A stretch of 61,297 nucleotides of DNA, counting the filler, from Sphacelaria rigidula (taxonomy: Eukaryota): the NCBI GenBank assembly GCA_964200075.2. It is 8 parts of 8 records of this genome, joined end to end, with 100 filler letters (N's around TTAATTAATTAA, not from the genome) between each part and the next. Parts side by side here need not be neighbours in the genome. Positions count along the whole stretch, not along the records: positions 46,050 to 53,623 come from CAXNAA020014277.1; positions 53,724 to 61,297 come from CAXNAA020014278.1; 6 more parts are not named here. One strand, written 5' to 3'. The notes beneath the pieces were generated by a model. It ran no database searches and had not been told where the DNA came from. It was given only the letters and a program-made list of their open reading frames with translations. Every line of letters starts with the position of its first letter. Positions within the stretch are counted from its first letter, which is position 1. This document shows, piece after piece, positions 48,228-60,835 of this stretch. The translations under genes were made by a program, and so were the position numbers.

Positions 48228-49721
48228 TGGTCGTTTTGGTATCAAATACAGCAGGCTCAAATTGTGATCAAGATCATTCTTGAACAACCCAGGATTCCGA
48301 TGCATCATTGATACAAAACGCAGTTCCACCCCAAATTTCGGGAGAGTGTTGAGGTCGTCCCACTTCTACCCCTACTTTGGATAGTATTGAGATCGCAGCC
48401 AGCTCCACACAAGCTTTGCGGTAGAGTATGGACGGCGTCCCCAGTTCAACCATGACACAGGGAGAGGTCATATCCGGGTGCCGCGAGGATGACTTACTAC
48501 AGGTGCGGGTAAAGTATTGAAATCAACCGAGCGTTACACAACTTGTACGTATACAGCTTTAAAAACGTACCCGGCGACACCCATATTTGTGTGAAAATCG
48601 AGATCTTACCCAGTTTACCCAAAACTGAGATAGGATAAATACCCGGGTACATAGGTTGAAGCAAGGAATTTTCGGATTCGTCGGGCGTCACGTCCTATGT
48701 GTCGTCGGGTCGGTCTTTTTCGGAACGGGTTCTGTCAGTTTCGTTGATTGGGCAGGGTACAGGACAAAACGAATCTGTTGCTTCGCAAGATATTTTTGTT
48801 GTCAGCAGACGCTTGTGTCGACTGGCGGGGAAGTTTCTCACCGACGGGTCCGATGGTGTATCGAAAACAAATATGCGTGCTGGAAGGTTGTGTACCCTAG
48901 CGGGAAAGGGGAATAACTTGTCGGCGTATGTATCATCGAACGGTAAAGAACCCGGCCGCGTTTTCCCATGTTACAAACGGTGAAATCCCCCCCCCCCAAA
49001 TGCCCTATCCCTTTTTGCACCTCCCTTTCCTTCGCCGATAAACCAAAGGTTGTGTATAGGCCCCATATATTCGATAGCATCGGCCTACCGTCCGGGAAGG
49101 GCGCAGCGGGAACAACAAATCACAAAAATAGTACATTGGTCAGATGGTGTTTCGGTACATGGTGTTGTTATTTATCATACGAGTCCTTTCTGTTTATATG
49201 TCGCATCGAACGTCGAAAAATCAGTGGGATAGTTCGACCGACAGGTTGCAAGAGAGGGTCTGGCAGTCTGGGCTAATTTTGATGAGTAATGAAGAAACAA
49301 TTCCCCGAATTTTCTGTCTACCCGAATTTTTCTGAACATGATATTTGGTCCCCATCTCTGCCTTGTTCATCTTTTGTTCCTGGTGGTTTCTTCTTTTCTT
49401 GGTTGCTTTTGTGTCGTCTGTGCTTCTCCCCCCCTGCCCCCCCGCCGCCGGAACGAGCCCGGCTCTGTCTTCTTGTCCATTGCATTTCCTTTTTTTTACG
49501 TTCAATTATTTTTATTTTTATTTTCCTTTCTTTCATTTTTCTCTCATTTTTCTTTCATTTTTTTCATGTTGTCTCCTTTTTGTTTCTGACTACGAACTGG
49601 AGTGTTGCAATCAGCTACGTGATGCGCGATCATCTTTTTTGTCTTTGGTCGTGCTTGTGTTTGTGTTTGTGTTTGTCGTTATTTTGTTGTTACTGCTGTT
49701 GTTGTTCGTTCCTGTTGTTAT

Positions 49722-49756
<35 letters not shown>

Positions 49757-49787
49757 GCTGGTGGTGGTGGTGGTGATGGTGGTGGTG
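49722..49787. repeat. Compound (TTG)n-(GGT)n microsatellite in a T-rich low-complexity region
   Basis: Read directly; explains the poly-Q/H/C/V/L ORFs. Confidence 0.95.
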
Positions 49788-51425
49788 ATATTTTTTTGTT
49801 GTTCTCGCTGCCCCCTTTCTTTCCTTTCTGAGGCCTTTGCTTCGGTCGTTTTTCTGTTCCATTCTTTCTTTTTTGTATTTTGCTTTATTAGTCTGTTCTA
49901 TTTTTGCTGACCCTGACCACGGGCTGGGTTGTTGCAATCAGCTAATGTGAGATACTCAATTAATCAATCAATGATGAGATCGTTTCGATGTTCTGGCTTC
50001 GCAGATCTCTGATCCATATCATACTTACGACAAATCGTTTCTCCTGGGATTTTATTGTCGCACATCAACAAACTCCCGACGGCCCCCACCGATCTTCGCA
50101 ATATCGACGTATACATGGTCAGTAAAACGGAGATGCTCGCTAATGGAAATAAGTGGAGAAAACAACACAAAACAAAGGGAGTAACCTCAGGTACGACGTT
50201 CGAAACCAGTAGAAAATAATTGAATAAAAATCCGAGCAAGAACAGAAGAACGAAAACGGAGACGAACTCCTGTAGGAACAAACAATAGTGAACAAATGGA
50301 TGTAAGTGAGAAGCAACCGAAACAACACAGGAAGGAAAGAAGAAGAAACTTGAAAACAATAAAAAAAATAATTTTACCGACTCAACTAAGAACCACCGGA
50401 AACCAACACAGACACGATAAATATGTTATATGGGTAGAAAAAAATGGATGATTAGACAAACAAACGAAACAAACCCTGAAATAATCGTGAAGACAGGAAA
50501 CAAAATGAAACAACTACAGGAGATATACAAACAAACAAACGGCCGGACATGCTGAGAAACAACCGAAACCAACAACGAGGCAAGGGATTGAATGAAACTG
50601 GAGAAGAATAGATATGCAAAGGTTTCGGGGGCTCTCGCCGCCATGCTCAGCGGATCGACAGCCAAGATATACATGAGCACCGGGGATACCCATGTGCGTT
50701 GCGTAGTGGCACATGGCACAGTTTTGAGCAAACGCCGAGCAGCTCATAACCTAAGCACGTTGTTTGTGGCCTTGCGCGAATATTTGCAGATTTTGATGAG
50801 AAACGACGACCTGTGTGAGAAGCGCGTCCACCACACACAAAGAGGGTCAGCACCCGTTGAGCTGATGGTGTCGATTCAAATTCGAAAATGGAGTGCCGCT
50901 GAAGGGTTTGTTTTTACCCCACCCCGACGATACCGGGGAGAGCTGCTGTATTTCTCTTCTGTTTTCGTGACGTCTCTCCCCTTATTTTCAGCCGGTGTTG
51001 TTTTGTAATTTTGCTTTGCATTGTCTTCTTGTCTCGAGTCTGAGAGGGAACGATGAGATCTTGTAAGAAAATACAGGGACGGTATCGGAAAGATGGGCCT
51101 ACGTCTGTGACCGCGGGTTCGAGAGAGTGTGCTGATGTGCGAAAAAATAATGACAGTGAATCGCTGTGTCCGGCTGCTCACTTCTTGTTCCGCTTTTTTC
51201 AGCCCGAGGAGGAACGCGGATGACGGGGGCATGTACGAAGGCTTCACACAACCCCATCACAATCAAAAGTGAACCTGAGGAATTGACAGCCCCCGCACAC
51301 TAAAAAGACACAACTCAAGTCGGAGCTACTCATCGGATGAGCTGCTGGGGAAAGTATCAGCATCTGCTGACCTCTTCACCGCCTCTTTCCTCCGCTCGGT
51401 ATCTTCACCGCCATGGGCTTTGTGG

Positions 51426-51639
51426 CCCCAGACCGCGCGGGGGTAGTCATTTGGGTCGTGCATTACTTTTTCAGGTGAAATTGATGCCGATTCAACACAT
51501 GAACTCCTCTCGTGGTCTAAGGGTTATGGTCTAAGGGTCAACCCTTAGACCGCGAGATTAGTGTTTCTGGATCATGCATGCTTTCTTTCACTTGAAATTG
51601 ATGCCGATTCAACAGAAGACCAACCTCGCGGTCTAGGGG
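51426..51639. mobile_element. Two tandem ~98-bp piggyBac-like MITEs (51426-51523, 51542-51639)
   Basis: TCAA|cccttagaccgcgag...ctcgcggtctagggg|TTAA; both share internal tgaaattgatgccgattcaaca. Confidence 0.75.
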
Positions 51640-51649
51640 TTAACGGTGT

Positions 51650-52720
51650 CTGAAAAATACCACATCTTATCTCCAGCAATGACCGGAGCTGTGTAACGGT
51701 CTCCTTTGTAGGGTCGAAGAACAATAATCGATCTTCATTTCTTGCTGTCATTCTTACCATACGCCGACGGAGCTCACCACGGCGTTGATGATGCCGATTC
51801 ACATGAAAATTAGACCAATTCGTAAAAACCGGAACGATGGGGGCGGTACGCCAGGATTACTATTCCAATGTGCTGGGGATATCCCGACTGAATTTGCAAA
51901 CGGGGATGCCCTGACCCATATTCTTGTGCATCTAGAATCGTTGGGAGCCCCTGGACCAAACCAGATTTCGCGCAAAAAGTGCATCCCTACCGTAGCATTG
52001 CTCAATCACGGTGTAAGGATACCCCGCCAAACGCTACCCTGTTTGAACAATGATCTTCAACAGGCTTTCGTGGTTCGAGTTCCTGTTTGAAGTTTTACGT
52101 GGTCTTGAAAAGACTTTTGTGGTTTGGGACTGACACCCTACGAAAAAGAGCCAGTATGAGCGAATTTCGGTGGCCAGGACACGCGCCACAGGTATCAGAT
52201 GACACCCAAACCTGAACGGTAGTATACCGCTGCGCATTCTTCGTGCGCTGCAGAAGAAAGCGCGGGATAAAATGCCTTGCTGCAAGAAGAAACGCGGCGA
52301 AAGTGGTGAAAAATGTGAAATGATACAGGTACATACAAGGTTTCCCTTCGGGAGGTTGGTACGGGCCTCTTGGGGTTGACGCAAGTCGAAAATATGTGGC
52401 CAAGAGAGGTGTTGTATCTCAATGCACAGTAGTGACCGTGGCTGTACAAAACATCGCATGTGCTTTCGGATCGTGGCTCCGAATAAGGTTGACCAACTTG
52501 AGCAACACGGATGTGAAGGTTGAACAATTGTTGGGCAGCAATAATTTCGACAGGTGTGGCATATGCGTAGCTGCTCATTAGTTGCGCACGTTGTGCGTGA
52601 CCTTGCCCACATCTGTTCAGAATGCATTGAGAAATGATGGGTTGCGTGAGACTGCGCACACCACACGCTTATAAAACGGTCACAAACGACCCGTTTTCCG
52701 TTGTTTTTGACACGCACGCC
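51650..52720 (-). pseudogene. Degenerate coding region of unknown family (probably transposon-derived)
   Basis: One frame continues from ORF 52034-52717 into ORF 51572-51802 through four isolated TAG/TAA stops. Confidence 0.35.
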
Positions 52721-53623
52721 ACCGCCATTCGCCCAATACAGAACGGATTTCCGCCAAACGAAGACTGTCGTGGGTAGATTAGCAAGAGCTAGCAGTGAAA
52801 CTTATTATGCGTGTGAGTGGTGGGTGTCTGTGCGCGTGTTTTGTCGGGACTGAATGTGTAGATGTTGTCTTGTCTTGTTACGTCTTGCGTGCAGCACTAC
52901 ACAGACCTTGGACTAACGACCACTGCTAGACCCGCCGCATTTCTGAACCTGCGTGCAGATCTGGGGTCTAATATGTACCAAAGTGCTTCAGGATAGGACT
53001 CAGGACTGGTCGTTTGGGGGCCAATCCCCTGTCAAAGCGGATTGTGCAAGAGGGCATCATCCCCTTCGATGAGAAGGGCCCTAAGAGTTTGCATTTCTCG
53101 GGACAAGAGAGTGGCTTTGGCTGGCTGTTGGAATGCGTGGAACATTCCTGGCATGTTCTTTCTCACGTGGGAAGCTCGCGGACATGTTCTTTCAGTGCTT
53201 CGCTTTTATCTGCACATGAGATCTGAGTTTGTTTTCAAACCGGCCGAAGTTTTCACCGGACCTTTCCTGTTACAATTTTACGTGCTATGTGCTTTGAGTG
53301 ATACTATCCGCGCTTGTAGGGTACTGCATTTTCCAGCCCCGCCCGAGAGAGAAAACAGCGGTATAGTACGACCGAAGTGGACGTTTGTGGTTTTGCCAGA
53401 TAATGTCGCCAAGCTAACTAGTTACCCAGCCATATATTCCGGTCGCGTACGGTAGTCTTTAGTGCACGTGCATGGGACTATCCTTGTGTTCGGGGAGAAA
53501 CACCGGAGCCCTCCAAACCCATGATTGCGGATTTATTGTTCTGGACGGTCTTGTTTTAATTAATTGATCTTCGCATCAAGAAAGCAAGAAGAGGCGAAAT
53601 CTCTCCGCAGCTGTCGGTGTTCT

Positions 53624-53723
53624 NNNNNNNNNNNNNNNNNNNNNNNNNNNNNNNNNNNNNNNNNNNNTTAATTAATTAANNNNNNNNNNNNNNNNNNNNN
53701 NNNNNNNNNNNNNNNNNNNNNNN
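53624..53723. other. Artificial contig linker
   Basis: N44-TTAATTAATTAA-N44. Confidence 0.98.
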
Positions 53724-54379
53724 GGGGGTCCAGCTGCGCCCCTATATTGGCTCCCAACTCCCCTTTCCTAGGGGGGGAACAGTTTTGCTTGGCCAAGCCC
53801 CCCCCCCCCCCCCCCGGGGTCCGAATGCATAAAGTCACGTTTGACGTGCGCATGTCGAGTGAACGTGACCAGGGAGAAGTGGGGGGGTAGGGGCAGTGGT
53901 GCTGCAACGCGAACTCACCGCTGGGTGTTACTTGTCTTCGTGTTGATGTGTATCGTACCGTCGGACCCGCTCATGACCTCCTCTTGTGCCTCGCATATGT
54001 AGTGGGGCACGTCTATCATCGTCGCCGCGTTGTCATCGTCGCCGCACCAGACTGCAACTGAGCGTTTGTTGATGTTCACATCTGTGCAACATTATCAGGA
54101 ATAACGTAAAGGGGTGAGTGTTGTCCTCGAGCGATTGCGTGCGGGTAACATTGTGGCATATGATGAACGATCGCCCCCCAGGAACGGACGAGCATTACCG
54201 CTCTCGACATTCTGCGATAGCGCTGTGCGTGGGTGTGAGCATGCCGTCTTATGTCCAACAGCTCATGAAGCTTGCCCGTGGGTATTGAGCACACCCTTTC
54301 CTGGTTACAGAAACCGGCGATTGTTCGACATTTATTCAGGATAAACGCTGTGTGACAAACATAGGTGTAATGAGTATGA

Positions 54380-57300
54380 CAACCAAATGATGCGATGTAA
54401 GGTCACCGTTGCCCCTTGGATTCTTAGACACGAAGTGGGTACAGTTTTCCAGCATGCTCATTACTCACAGCGCGAGTATCCACGCATGCAGCACATGCAT
54501 CGTGTCCATGGTGAAGACAAGGCGTATGTTGCTTCTCAGTATGAGACATCGACCGCTTGTATCACGCGCCATAAAGAATAAACATTCGGGTCTGTTATCC
54601 TCCATCGAGGGACCGTGCCAACTCACCGGGTAGGGTGACTGCTGGTCCGCTAACAGGAGCAGCATCTTCCGGCGTCGCTACTGGATCGTCAACACCGGAA
54701 AATATGACGCCCTTGATGTACTCCCTTTCCATATCTGACAGGAAATGTGGCCCGTTATCGGATATCCGATGGTTGGGTGCATCACTGGCGAGAAGCTTCT
54801 GGAATGCGAGGGACTTCTCGCGCTGGAGGTGATCGACGACGGCTCGGAAATCGTCGCAGACCGTCATAGACTTCTCCCCCAAGTGTTGCGCGTGCAATAA
54901 TCCCAGCAGGGAAAATATCACGAGGAGTTTACGCTGGATTGCTGCCTCCATGCCATCCACGTTTTTCTTTTGTCCTTTCCGAACGTTATTTTTATTCCTT
55001 CCGTCACCTGCTCGCTAGCGTGGGGTGTGTAAGAGAAATGGCAGACGTATATCCAGTCCATAAATTAGATTATTTGAGCGGTGCGTGTGGGGTGCGCGAG
55101 CGTGAATCATGCCATAATTTTTTCACAGAGGCTTCGTCCGATGATTTCATGAATAAGGCTGTGGTGTGGATTGTAAAATTGGCATTCCGATCCTCTTTGT
55201 GTTGTAGTCAGGGTTAGATACACCAATTCCTACATCCTCTTTATTCGAAGGGTTGAGCAGATCGAATCGGCATGAGTACAGAGTCACCTTGCGCGTCGAG
55301 ATGATAATCGTCTTCTGAGCTGGAGTGACGCATACATCGAATTTCGAGTAGGAGCCGGGTCAAGCACGCAGGTCGGTTTCAGAAACCAGGTCGTGTATAT
55401 CGTACGCACTGACAAAAAATTGTAACAAATCTGCGTGCGTGGCTGGAGTGGCGATGGTACATTTCGTATTCCGATCGTACGAGTGCCATGCTGGTGTCGT
55501 GCTGGTACCGTGATACACCAAACTCTGCATTCTTCGTTCGACGGGCTGGATAGACAGGTGCACATACACATTTATACGTCGCGCCGAGACGGTTACTGTC
55601 TTCGGAGTCCGAGTGACGCATGCAACAAACGTTGGCTACGAGCCGAATCAGGCACACGGTTCGGTTCCGAGAAACAGGTCGTTCATATCGTGTCTGCTGT
55701 TATTATTTCGAATCCCGTTTTGTTTGGAGTGGTCGATTGTGATCCTCACTCAGTGTGTACGACTGTTGTTGGTAATAGCTCATCTGAATTCAGAAGGGCC
55801 GTACTTCATGTTAACCGGTCGCTAATATGGTCCTGTCATATACTCACAAACTCGTAGACGGTGATACCGTCGAAAGTGTACGGGTGCGCCCACACAGACA
55901 CATGGGGCACTTCTCCGACCCCCATCGCGAACGAGATCTTGTTGCTGTAGTGCGGGTTTATCGTCGTCAGCCTGCCCTGGGCTTTGGCCAAAGATACGAA
56001 CGTGACCCCTTTCAGTACGCCCTTGAAGACTCGGTGGTAAGCAGTGTCCATCCGATCTAAGATACCCGGAGTCGCTCTATTCCCTCCTCCCGATGTGTTG
56101 GGGTCGATGTCGGTGTAAGCGCATCTGTGAATGACATCTCACTCCCCTGGACAGTTATCCACGTCGCCGATGCCACGGCGAAGTCATACTGGCGTTCCTT
56201 GTATCGCAGGATCGCTAATTCTAGTTCGTCCGTCGAGGTTTCCTCCGCGTCACTTCCGCCATTCGCTATCTCAAGCCGCACCCGCAGGTCCTTGTGGATT
56301 TTCCCTAAGCCTTTATCGCACCCAGGGTCGATGTGTGTTCCGTTACAGAAGGTGGAGATCATGTCACCCACGAGATGCAACGGCTTCAATTCCCGGCAGT
56401 AGTTCATGACCGGTTTGCTCACACCATGCTCGGCGATCAGGGAGTGTAAGTGAACATCGCTCAAACAGCGTTTGTTGAGACCGAAGAGGAATGAGTAAGC
56501 TTGAAGATTTACCAATGACGGAGGCTGTAGGATTTGACATGCAGGAAACGGAGGGGGCGACACATGATAACGTCGGATGGTGTCGTACGTAATCGACTGC
56601 AGGCCGTATAGTCATTTTGACGTCCATCGATAGACAAACCACGACCGCCACATCACACGCATAACTTACATTAGCCCAGTCGTCCCCCACGTCGAACAAG
56701 AGGGCGGCGGGTGTCTCCGGTGTGGACGACAGGAAGGCCATAAAATAATCTGCACACCAGTGCAATCACGCGAACATTCGTCCACTATTCTCCGTCTCAC
56801 GTTTCACGGACATCACTCGCCGGCTTGATCCCTTCCTTTTCCTCGCGGGCGAAGCGCTCCAAGAGAACGTCTTTCAGTGCCCAATCTCTATCGCAAAGAG
56901 CCATGGCGAACACCAGCGTGACGAGGAGCGAGAGCTTGGGTGGATCGTTCTGCGAGCACTCACCCCCTAGGGATGTCAGGACGTACCTAATCAGATATCG
57001 TTTCGTATACTCGTTGAGAGTCTTCCACACACCGTCCGCCTTCTTATTATCAGTCCTGCTGTCCTTATCCGCCGCCGACAGGATGTCCCGCCAATTGCGC
57101 CCCAGTATGGCATCCATCTGAGCAGGTGTGCTGACGTTTGCTGTGCCGCAGGCTTGTTGGATGATGGGCATCAGGACCCCAATGGCTGAGCTCATGCACG
57201 GCTTCTGCATTTGAAGACGGACGCCCAGTACGTAGCCCGCCCGGGTTGTGATGTCGTTATAGCCAAAACGGGTTAGCCATATGCCACCAGTTGTTACGCA

Positions 57301-59640
57301 TGGCGAACGATGTATAGAGCACGAACGCGAACAGCAAATAAAATGCGCTTCGCAGGTTGCTGTTAAAATCGCACTGTCCCGGGCACCGTTCGTGATGATG
57401 TGAAAGCCAACCGTAAGGATCCATCACCCTGGGGTTTCGCATGGGGGGTATTGCTATATAACTTTCTAGTCAATAGTGACCGAGGATTGCATGTGTCCCG
57501 TCATACGGCCGGTTTCGGAAGCCGATTAATTTGGTGCAGTAGATGTGTATCGGACGACACGTCGAGATTACGGGTACGGCGACCGCCATCACGAAACACT
57601 ACACGTTCGCGTTCATTGTCAAGATGGACATGTTCGACGCAATTCCGAAACAACCCATATGACAACAAACGAATGCCATCAACCGTCGTTCGTTAACTGA
57701 TGCACATGGCTTACATGTAGCTCCTGAAATATGCATTACACGACACCAGTGCTTATATTCTGCTTCTGATTTCCAAACCCTACTTAGTGCTGTTAGATAC
57801 ATCCATATCGATGTACGAGTTACAATGAACTGTTGAAATGTTACATGCCCCTAGATTCGATAACCAATTGGTTTTTTGAGTCATCGAGATATACGAATCC
57901 TCAATGACATGTGATCTTGCAGACCGGTATCATCACCACATGGTTGATTTCGGAAACCAGCTCGATTGTGGCGTACACGCCGATGAACACACTTGCAATG
58001 TATATCGACCTCGAATATACTTTACACCTAATTCCCCAATGTGCTTAATATCCGAGTGACACCCAAAACCCGGGATCATGATGTAAAAAGGTTATCGTCC
58101 TGTGTATCGGAGGGCGTCACCGGTATCACAAGCATACGCGAATGTGTCGCCTGTGCCTGCGTGCTAAAATTCTGGAAGCGTAACAGCTCCCGTAAATTCG
58201 GTGTGTGACAATGGGTGCCATCGTTCGACCGTGTTGCGGTGTGATGTAGGAAAGGCGCCGGTGTATGCACGTCGGTGGAATGAACCGTCGCCATTACGGT
58301 CAAAGGAAGCTGGTTTTGGAAATCGGCCCATGTGTGTTATGAATTGAATTCCTTCACGAAACTGATCGCGTCAAGTAGTGCTTATGGGAAGCTGGTTTCG
58401 AGAACTGGCCGATATGGGTCACTAGTTGAGTCCCGTCACGAAGCCGGTGGAGTAAGTGGAGCGCTCTTGGGTAGGTGGTTCTGAAGAAGGTCTTGTGTGT
58501 GTCATGAAATCAACACCGACACGAATACGGTATAGTGGTGTAGCGCTCGCGAGGAGCTGGTTTGGAAACCGACTACTAGTGTGTGAAACATCATATTATC
58601 CTCTGGGTCGGATATATGATGTAGATACTGTGATGCCACTGTCTGGTATGGCGGATAGAATGTGTCTTGACAGTCACATTTTATTCGGAGAATATAGAAT
58701 AAACGATCCGAATATGGAGAATCTCGTGAGATGCGGAGGGTGTCCCCCGTTCGTTTTCTAAAGTTATGTTTCATTTTACTCTATAACTATGGTGCATTTT
58801 ATGACTGTGCTGCCTCCGACCCTCCCGCGAGTACTGGCCCTGACGCCGACCTGGGAAAGGGTGTGGGTAGGGGCTTGTAAATTGCAACACGTTTTCTGGG
58901 GTAGTTGTGCGTCCAGTGCTGCTACGATAGTGGTTGCACTTTTCTGACGGAACTGTTCATCGGGTGTTGAACGGATCATTTTGGGAATCGGCATCATTTT
59001 CACTTGCGGAAGATCGAAGATGATGCACATTGGCGACAAGGTCCCTGCGTGCATGTCCATATGCGCTGTCCGGGTATTTGGGTGACACAGTGCGCCGCGT
59101 ATATTTCGGCCGCTACACAGAATAGATCCAAAAACGCGAAGTGCGACCCCTATTGTAGCATGATTCATTTGGAAGACCTCGATTTAGGGCGTCGGGTGTG
59201 ACCCGCAACGACGCCACTCGGTGTGCTCCGGCGCTGTCACTCAAATCAATGGGCCCCTCCAATACACATAATTTGCTTGCGCTTCCGGCACGAATTTGCA
59301 ACCCTTGTTTTCAAACAGGCGACGACACCTGATGCCATTCTCCACGACACTGATAGCTATGATGTTCTTCCGCCTATCACTGGTGCCCCGTGCAATGTGA
59401 TATCTCAACGGGTAAATATTTTCATGCCACTCGCCTTTGATAGCTCTTCCGAAGCATGTTGCTCGTGACCTATTCGTCGCGCTTTTTCGTGCGACATCGC
59501 GTCGTATATCCGCACGGAAAACCCGGGGTGGTCGCTCCCTGCTGTGGTGTCCATGGCCCTCTTCAACCCCGCCATCTCTGCCTCCGCGAGGGAAACGCCG
59601 GCACCGAGCGTGATAGACAGTGCCCACAAGAAGGGATATC
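54380..59640 (-). pseudogene. Large decayed multi-exon gene of unknown family
   Basis: Phase-consistent exons 56670-56749, 56143-56524 and 55848-56056 (donors GTAAGT, GTGAGA, GTGAGT). Further coding blocks at ~56808-57424, ~54627-54960 and ~58800-59630, with scattered in-frame stops. Confidence 0.55.
58305..58590. repeat. Diverged tandem array, period 82-83 bp, ~3.5 units
   Basis: Units start at 58305, 58387, 58470 and 58552 with GGAAGCTGGTTT-like heads; CACGAA and AG(C/T)GCT recur at fixed offsets. Confidence 0.7.
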
Positions 59641-60454
59641 AGGGTTTATATGCGGGTACTGGTGGCGGCATTCACGATCGGCTGGGTGCAAACAACATGT
59701 GCACTTGAATCTTCAGCAGCTGTCGTGTCTCGGCGAATGTAATCTTCCTTCTCAGAGCGACTGACCGAAAATAAGTGTTTGCGCTGGTTGCGTGCGGCTT
59801 TCTAATCATTTGTGCGTACCTTCTGCGCTCGGCGGTGTCGCCCCATCTAGCACTCCAGCACACTACCGCGCGAGGTTGACTTCGTCCGCGTACACCATCA
59901 TGAAGAGAGCGCTTCTTGTTTGCCCTTGGATTGAGATAAAGCATGGTTTGTTCTCCATGAAATCCGATGGGGGTTGCCCGAACCGTTTGATGTCCTGAAT
60001 TGACCATACGTTGGTATCGCACACAATATACCAACCGGAATCAATGACAAGGCGTGGGCGATACGAATGTCCCCACTCTTGCTCACACCCTCTCGACCCA
60101 GTAGCACCAGATGCATCGCTTTACGTCATTCTTCCCGCGTTGCAACACTACGAGCTGAGCCAGCCAACACTAGGTAGTTTCCTTGCTCAGGCGACGCATG
60201 GCGTCAAATAAATGATGAGTTGAACGCTGCTATTTCGACCACAGCTTCTTATGATCGACATGCAAACTATCTCGAGAGCAGCGTAGGAAAAGGACAAGAA
60301 AGCAATAAATGGGGTTTTGAATGTCGGCTAAATCAAGATAACGTCATACGTCCAGTACAACACACGAGAATCTACGGCAGATCTCTCAGTGTTCTATGAG
60401 TTCAGAAAGTGTGCGTGAAATTCCAGCTCGAGACTCGTCGCATTGGGCCGGGCG

Positions 60455-60680
60455 CGCAGCGTTGGGTGTGACATGGCGGCGACGATATAATTCAAGCGGC
60501 GCAGGAGACTCCAGTTATGGAGGTTATGATAGTTCCAATCCCGACGGATTCGTTTTTTTCTCGTCCGTCGTTCACGTCTCGTATATTACGCAGAGCATCT
60601 GTTTTCTTTTTCGTTGTTCATTCAGCGGCGTCGCCGTGTGTTACGCTGTTGGTCTGCATTTCACAGTGTTATGCTTATAT
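60455..60680 (+). mobile_element. tRNA-related SINE-like repeat (copy 2)
   Basis: taattcaagcgg...caggagactcc...atggaggt...agttccaatcccgacg followed by a T-run; colinear with 31165-31380. Confidence 0.6.
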
Positions 60681-60735
60681 CGGATTGATTCGGGAAAGTG
60701 GGAAAGCTGAAGTATGAACAACTGGCCGCTGTTAA

Positions 60736-60835
60736 CCCTTTGACCGCGAGAGCAGGTCATCTGCTGATTCAGCGTCAATCTTTGGGGGAAAATGATTCAT
60801 ACTTCAGGTGGACCACGCGCACCGCGGTCGAACGG
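60736..60835. mobile_element. 100-bp piggyBac-like MITE with a perfect TTAA duplication
   Basis: TTAA|ccctttgaccgcga...ccgcggtcgaacgg|TTAA. Confidence 0.8.

Noticed and set aside
49289-50560. Hydrophobic and poly-Q/H/C ORFs
   Set aside because: Products of T-rich or A-rich low-complexity DNA and microsatellites.
50592-51008. THVRCVVAH resembling the hAT CxxH motif
   Set aside because: Spacing is wrong and no other hAT motifs or TIRs were seen.
7576-53723. Regularly spaced TTAATTAATTAA motif every ~7,675 bp
   Set aside because: Artificial linker between size-sorted contigs. Neighbouring contigs are not biologically adjacent, so no cross-contig gene clusters were inferred.
58305-58590. CRISPR array
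   Set aside because: Eukaryotic context, no identical repeats with unique spacers and no cas genes; kept only as a diverged tandem array.
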